From positions 1 to 15,017 of the forward strand of contig BTVJ01000131.1 of NCBI GenBank assembly GCA_045863395.1: a stretch of DNA of 15,017 bases, read 5' to 3'. Position numbers and translations under genes: made by a program. Positions 7,451-15,017 of the stretch are shown one piece after another. This DNA is from Myxococcales bacterium (GTDB taxonomy: Bacteria > Myxococcota_A > UBA9042 > JABWCM01 > BTVJ01). The notes under the pieces were generated by a model. The model was not told where the DNA came from. It made no database searches and was given only the letters and a program-made list of their open reading frames with translations. Every line of letters starts with the position of its first letter. The first letter of the stretch is position 1.

Positions 7451-8041
7451 ATGAGCCTGTTCGACCCGACCGCGCCCCGCGCCCCGCTGCCGCCCTCCGC
7501 CCTCGATCTGGCGCTGACCGCCCAGCTCGTCGTCGCCTGGGCCGGTGAGGGCGGCGAGGAGCCGCGCCTCGGCTGGTGGCGCTGCGACCTCGTGTCCGAG
7601 TTCGGCGGCGAGGACCTGTTCCGGCGGCTGCTCCCCGCCACCTGGCCCTGGGCCACGCTCCAGGGCGCCCGCGAGGCCGCCCGCCGCCGGGACGCCGAGC
7701 TGCGCCGGCAGGCCGGCGACCCGGACCGCCTGATCACCCTGTACCGCTTCGGCTTCGAGGTGGACGAGCGCATCGAGGAGCGCCTGCAGGAGCACAAGCG
7801 CGCGGGCCGCGCCCCCCGGGAGGCGCTCCCCGGCCTCGCGCTCCTCGACGACGCCTTCTCCCGCCCCCGCTTCCTCGACTGGCTCCAGGGCCACGGGGAC
7901 GCCGCCTACACGCCCACCCCCACCGGCCGCCGCCTGGACGCGCCGCCCCTGGGCCTCGACGCCCTGGTCCGCACGCTCGTCGCCGCCCTGGCCCCCCTGG
8001 CGGACGCCTGGCCGCTGCCCTACGCCCGGAGCAAGCCGTGA
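7451..8041 (+). CDS. brxE: BREX type 6 protein BrxE (196 aa)
   Basis: QLVVAWAGE...RLGWW.CDLVSEFGGEDLFRRLLP...AREAARRRD...LYRFGFEVDE pattern recalled for the BrxE family. First gene of a coupled brxE-A-B-C run. GAGGA SD at 7441-7445 supports ATG 7451. Confidence 0.82.
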   Translation: MSLFDPTAPRAPLPPSALDLALTAQLVVAWAGEGGEEPRLGWWRCDLVSEFGGEDLFRRLLPATWPWATLQGAREAARRRDAELRRQAGDPDRLITLYRFGFEVDERIEERLQEHKRAGRAPREALPGLALLDDAFSRPRFLDWLQGHGDAAYTPTPTGRRLDAPPLGLDALVRTLVAALAPLADAWPLPYARSKP

Positions 8042-8805
8042 CCGCCGAGCAGACCGCCGTCCACACGCGCCTGCTGAAGTGCGCCCTGGAGGTCGAGCCC
8101 TCCCGCGCCTTCTGGGCCCACGCGGACGGCGCCCCGGTCACCCCGGCCCGCGCCTTCGAGGGGTACTGGTTCGGCGCCCGGAGCCTGCCGCGCACCGAGG
8201 ACCTGCTCGCGATCATGCGCGCCCGCTACGAGGCCTACCCAGCGGCCCTCGCCGTGCTGCACCGGTGGTCGCCCATGGGGCCCGACACGCGGCGCCTGGT
8301 CTGCCACTGGCACCTGCAGCTCGCGGACCCCCTCTACCGCGCCTTCACCGGTGCCTTCCTGCCCGCGCGCCGCTCCGCTCGCCCGTCGGTCACCCGCGAC
8401 CTGGTCGTCACCTGGGTGGGCAGCCAGGTCCCCGCGCGCTGGACCCTGGCGACGCGCATCAAGTTCGCGAGCAAGCTCCTGTCGGCGGCCCACGCCGCCG
8501 GGCTCGTCGCCACGACCCGCGACCCGCGCCCCCTCGCGCTGCCCCGGGTGCCCGACGACGCGCTCGCCTACCTGCTCCACCTGCTGCGCGAGACCTCCTT
8601 CGAGGGCACGCTCCTCGACAACCCCTACCTGCGCTCGGTGGGGCTCGCGGGCGCCCCCCTCGAGGACCGCCTGCGCGCGCTGCCGGGCGTCTCCTTCCGC
8701 CGCCAGGGCGACCTCGTCGACCTCGCCTTCGCCCACGACGGCCTCGCCGCCTGGGCCGCCGCCCTCTGCACCCCGCCCGCCCCCGCGGAGGAGGCCGCCC
8801 CATGA
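8038..8805 (+). CDS. brxA: BREX protein BrxA (DUF1819 family; 255 aa)
   Basis: GTGA overlap with the brxE stop. Contains CHWHLQLADPLYRAF, W...TRIKFASKLLSAA..AGL and YLLHLLR...LLDNPYLRSVGL. Size and position between brxE and brxB fit. The track's N-terminal extension from 7576 is shadow frame. Confidence 0.8.
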   Translation: MTAEQTAVHTRLLKCALEVEPSRAFWAHADGAPVTPARAFEGYWFGARSLPRTEDLLAIMRARYEAYPAALAVLHRWSPMGPDTRRLVCHWHLQLADPLYRAFTGAFLPARRSARPSVTRDLVVTWVGSQVPARWTLATRIKFASKLLSAAHAAGLVATTRDPRPLALPRVPDDALAYLLHLLRETSFEGTLLDNPYLRSVGLAGAPLEDRLRALPGVSFRRQGDLVDLAFAHDGLAAWAAALCTPPAPAEEAAP

Positions 8806-9440
8806 CGCTGCCGCTGCTCCACCAGTCGCCGCTGCAGCAGGCCTTCGCCGCCCTGCGCGCGGACCTGATCCATGAAGACGGCCCCCGCATCAGCACCATG
8901 CGGAACTACCGCTTCGCCATCGTCCAGTACGACCCGGCCGACGAGTTCAAGCTCCGCGCCGAGGTCCAGCGCCTGAGCGCCGACCTCGTCGCCAACGGCT
9001 GGGTGGTGCTCTCGCTCGACCTGCACCGCCTCGTCCTCGACCGCCTCCGCGCCCAGGGCCCGGGCTGGGTCGAGCGCGTCATCCAGATGGAGCGGCAGAT
9101 GGCGGCCATCGAGCCCACCCGCGGCCTCAACTACCTGAAGTCCAAGCTCTCGCCGCTCATCGAGGGCCCCGCCGGCGTCGCCGCCGACTGCGGCCGCCTG
9201 ATCGCCGCCCACGCGGACGCCCACCCCGACACCGTGGACCGCACGCTCGCCCTCATCGGGCGCGCCGGCGCCCTCTACCCCTTCTTCCGGTCCTCGGGCC
9301 TGCTCCGCCACCTCGACGGCCGCACCCGCAACGTCCCCGTGGTGCTGCTCTACCCGGGCGAGCGCCGGGGCCCGACGGGCCTCTCGTTCATGGGCGTCCT
9401 CGAGCCCGACCACGACTACCGGCCCCGGATCTACCCATGA
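8802..9440 (+). CDS. brxB: BREX protein BrxB (DUF1788 family; 212 aa)
   Basis: ATGA overlap and GGAGGAGG SD. Motifs FAIVQYDPADEF, GALYPFFRSSGLL..LD and PVVLLYPG...LSFMG...DYRPRIY are characteristic of DUF1788/BrxB. Confidence 0.88.
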   Translation: MTLPLLHQSPLQQAFAALRADLIHEDGPRISTMRNYRFAIVQYDPADEFKLRAEVQRLSADLVANGWVVLSLDLHRLVLDRLRAQGPGWVERVIQMERQMAAIEPTRGLNYLKSKLSPLIEGPAGVAADCGRLIAAHADAHPDTVDRTLALIGRAGALYPFFRSSGLLRHLDGRTRNVPVVLLYPGERRGPTGLSFMGVLEPDHDYRPRIYP

Positions 9441-9492
9441 GTCCACCCATGAACCCAGCCATGCGCCCACCCGCGACCCCACCCGGGAGCCC
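9433..9492 (+). repeat. Degenerate 12-bp tandem repeat (5 units) at the brxB/brxC junction
   Basis: ACCCATGAGTCC / ACCCATGAACCC / AGCCATGCGCCC / ACCCGCGACCCC / ACCCGGGAGCCC. Confidence 0.7.
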
Positions 9493-9508
9493 CCCGAAGG
9501 AGACGGCC

Positions 9509-13141
<3,633 letters not shown>

Positions 13142-13149
13142 GGGAGCTG

Positions 13150-14418
13150 ATGCTGAGATCCATCGAGCTGACACGTTTCAAGAGCTTCGAGCACGCGGAG
13201 GCCAGGCTGGGCCCGCTCACGCTTCTCGTCGGTACCAACGCGTCGGGAAAGAGCAACGTCCGCGAGGCCCTGCGGGTGCTCCACGGCGTGGGCCTGGGGT
13301 ACGCGGTGGCGGACATCCTCGGCGAGAAGTACGGCCCTGGCGGGATTCTCCAGTGGCGCGGGATTCGGGGTGGCGCCCGGGAAGCGACCTATGAGGGAGG
13401 GGGACGCTTCCGCCTCGCTGTGAAGCTCGACGGGGTTGGCGACGACCATGGGCGCATCTGCTACTGCGTCGAGGTGGACGTCACCGACCTGTCGTCGGGG
13501 CCGCGGGTAGTCCGGGAGCACCTGCGAGTCGACAATGCCTTTGTCTTCGACTCTCACCCTGAGAGCGACCCCCTCGAGCAGCGAGGGGAGCACCAGATCC
13601 GGGTCCGCTACCCGCGTCAAGGCGATCACAAGCGGCACGGCCGGACCCTGGAGTTCTCCTCGGCGCGCCCCGTCCTGACCCAGCTCGCCGAGCGTGGCCG
13701 TGAGCCAGGTCACGTGCGCGCTGCGTGTGAGATGGTGTCGAGTGCCTTCGCGTCCATGCGCTTCCTCGATCTGGATCCAGACGCCATGCGCCAGCCTTCG
13801 CTGCCTGGGCAGCTCGTCTTGGGGGACCGGGGAGAGAACCTGTCCTCGGTTCTCCAGGGAATCTGCCAGGACGCGGCGCAGAGGAGGACACTCCTGGAGT
13901 GGCTTCGCGCCCTGACTCCGACGGACGCCACGGATCTCGAGTTCCCCGTGGATAGCTGGGGGCGTGTCCTGCTCCATCTCCGGGAGCGCAGCGGCTTCGA
14001 GGTGTCCGCCTATAGCGCCAGCGACGGGACCCTGCGGTTCCTGGCGCTGATTGCGGCGCTGCTCAGCAAGGATTCGGGGCACGTCTACTTCTTCGAGGAG
14101 CTCGACAACGGGATCCACCCGACCCGACTCCACCTCCTGCTGGACCTCGTGCAGCGCGCCTGCCAGCGGATGCGCGTCCAGGTCATCGGGACGACCCACA
14201 ACCCGGCGATGCTCGCCTTCCTCGACGAGCAGGCTCGGAGCGACGCTCTGCTCGTCGTTCGAACTGAGGACAGCCCGGGCTCACGCCTCGTTCCGATCAT
14301 GGACCTGCCCGAGGCGCGGCGGGTCCTCGCCTCGCAGGACCTGGGTCGCCTCCACCAGGCGGGGTGGCTGGAGGATGCCGCCGTCTTCGGTGAGCCGGAT
14401 AGGGAGGAGGCGCCGTGA
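13150..14418 (+). CDS. ABC-type (AAA_21/AAA_15-like) ATPase, 422 aa
   Basis: N-terminal LRSIELTRFKSF; Walker A GTNASGKS; signature ASDGTLRF; Walker B/D-loop YFFEELDNGIHP; H-loop VIGTTHNP. No TM segments. Alternative start GTG 13138 overlaps the brxC stop. Confidence 0.9.
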   Translation: MLRSIELTRFKSFEHAEARLGPLTLLVGTNASGKSNVREALRVLHGVGLGYAVADILGEKYGPGGILQWRGIRGGAREATYEGGGRFRLAVKLDGVGDDHGRICYCVEVDVTDLSSGPRVVREHLRVDNAFVFDSHPESDPLEQRGEHQIRVRYPRQGDHKRHGRTLEFSSARPVLTQLAERGREPGHVRAACEMVSSAFASMRFLDLDPDAMRQPSLPGQLVLGDRGENLSSVLQGICQDAAQRRTLLEWLRALTPTDATDLEFPVDSWGRVLLHLRERSGFEVSAYSASDGTLRFLALIAALLSKDSGHVYFFEELDNGIHPTRLHLLLDLVQRACQRMRVQVIGTTHNPAMLAFLDEQARSDALLVVRTEDSPGSRLVPIMDLPEARRVLASQDLGRLHQAGWLEDAAVFGEPDREEAP

Positions 14419-15005
14419 GCCTGAATGTGCTCGTCATCCCGGAGGACTTCCGCAAGGACCAGTATGTGCTGAACCCGATCATCGAGAAGATGGTCGAGGT
14501 GATCGGGCATCGGCCCCGTGTGCGGGTCTGTCAAGATCCGCTGCTCGGCGGGGTGGGCGAGGCGCTGAAGTGGGACCGCATCGTCGAGATCATCGACCGA
14601 TACCGCGGCATGACCCGGGTGTTCCTGCTCCTGGTGGATCGCGACGGTGAGACGGTTCGGCGCGCGAAGCTGGACACCATCGAGAGGCGCGCCGCGACGG
14701 AGCTCTCAGGGACGAACCGCGTCTTTCTGGGGGAGGGCGCGTGGCAGGAGATCGAAGTCTGGGTGCTCGCAGGGCTGAAGGACCTCCCGAAGGACTGGGT
14801 GTGGACCGAGGTTCGGGCGGAGCGCAACCCCAAGGAGCGCTACTTCCTCCCGTACACGGAGAGACGCGGTCTGTCCGACGCCGTCTATGAAGGCCGCGAC
14901 ACACTGTCTCGCGAGGCCGCTGCCAACTACGCCCGGATCCGACAGCTCTGCCCCGAGGACGCCGGGCGGCTCGAGGAGCGGCTGCGTGCAGCCCTGGGAG
15001 CCTGA
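14415..15005 (+). CDS. Putative TOPRIM-fold nuclease-like partner of the ATPase (DUF4276/RloB-like; 196 aa)
   Basis: GTGA overlap and GGAGGAGG SD. N-terminal strand ending in acidic residues (VLVIPEDFRKD), hydrophobic strand plus DxD (LLLVDRD) and a later EIEVWVL motif. This spacing is typical of stand-alone TOPRIM partners of ABC ATPases. Confidence 0.68.
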   Translation: MSLNVLVIPEDFRKDQYVLNPIIEKMVEVIGHRPRVRVCQDPLLGGVGEALKWDRIVEIIDRYRGMTRVFLLLVDRDGETVRRAKLDTIERRAATELSGTNRVFLGEGAWQEIEVWVLAGLKDLPKDWVWTEVRAERNPKERYFLPYTERRGLSDAVYEGRDTLSREAAANYARIRQLCPEDAGRLEERLRAALGA

Positions 15006-15017
15006 CCCGTGTCGATG

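Noticed and set aside
13150..15005. Naming the ATPase/TOPRIM pair ariA/ariB (PARIS) or calling it an ABC transporter
   Set aside because: The architecture is PARIS-like but orthology cannot be shown without HMM searches; no membrane subunit is present, so a transporter is unlikely.

Overview
Very GC-rich bacterial DNA; the gene content suggests a myxobacterium or related deltaproteobacterium (inference). Left to right: (1) a minus-strand cysteine-rich lipoprotein missed by the ORF track (start 1629, runs off the left edge) with three Kazal-type domains and at least five 37-aa 'CDDGDxCTKDWCD' repeats; (2) a MoxR-family AAA+ ATPase; (3) two small minus-strand genes (single-TM protein, SRPBCC/Aha1-like protein); (4) a translationally coupled three-gene operon of hypothetical protein, HExxH-metallopeptidase/vWA fusion and helical hypothetical protein, probably the partners of the MoxR ATPase; (5) the first half of a type 6 BREX anti-phage locus (brxE-brxA-brxB-brxC); (6) where pglX would normally follow brxC, a compositionally distinct two-gene cassette of an ABC/AAA_21-type ATPase and a TOPRIM-like (DUF4276/RloB-like) protein, a candidate PARIS/AbiL-like guard module nested in BREX. 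The best novelty candidates are this nested ATPase-TOPRIM cassette and the split four-gene MoxR/peptidase-vWA module abutting BREX. All family calls come from motif recognition by eye; no searches were run.
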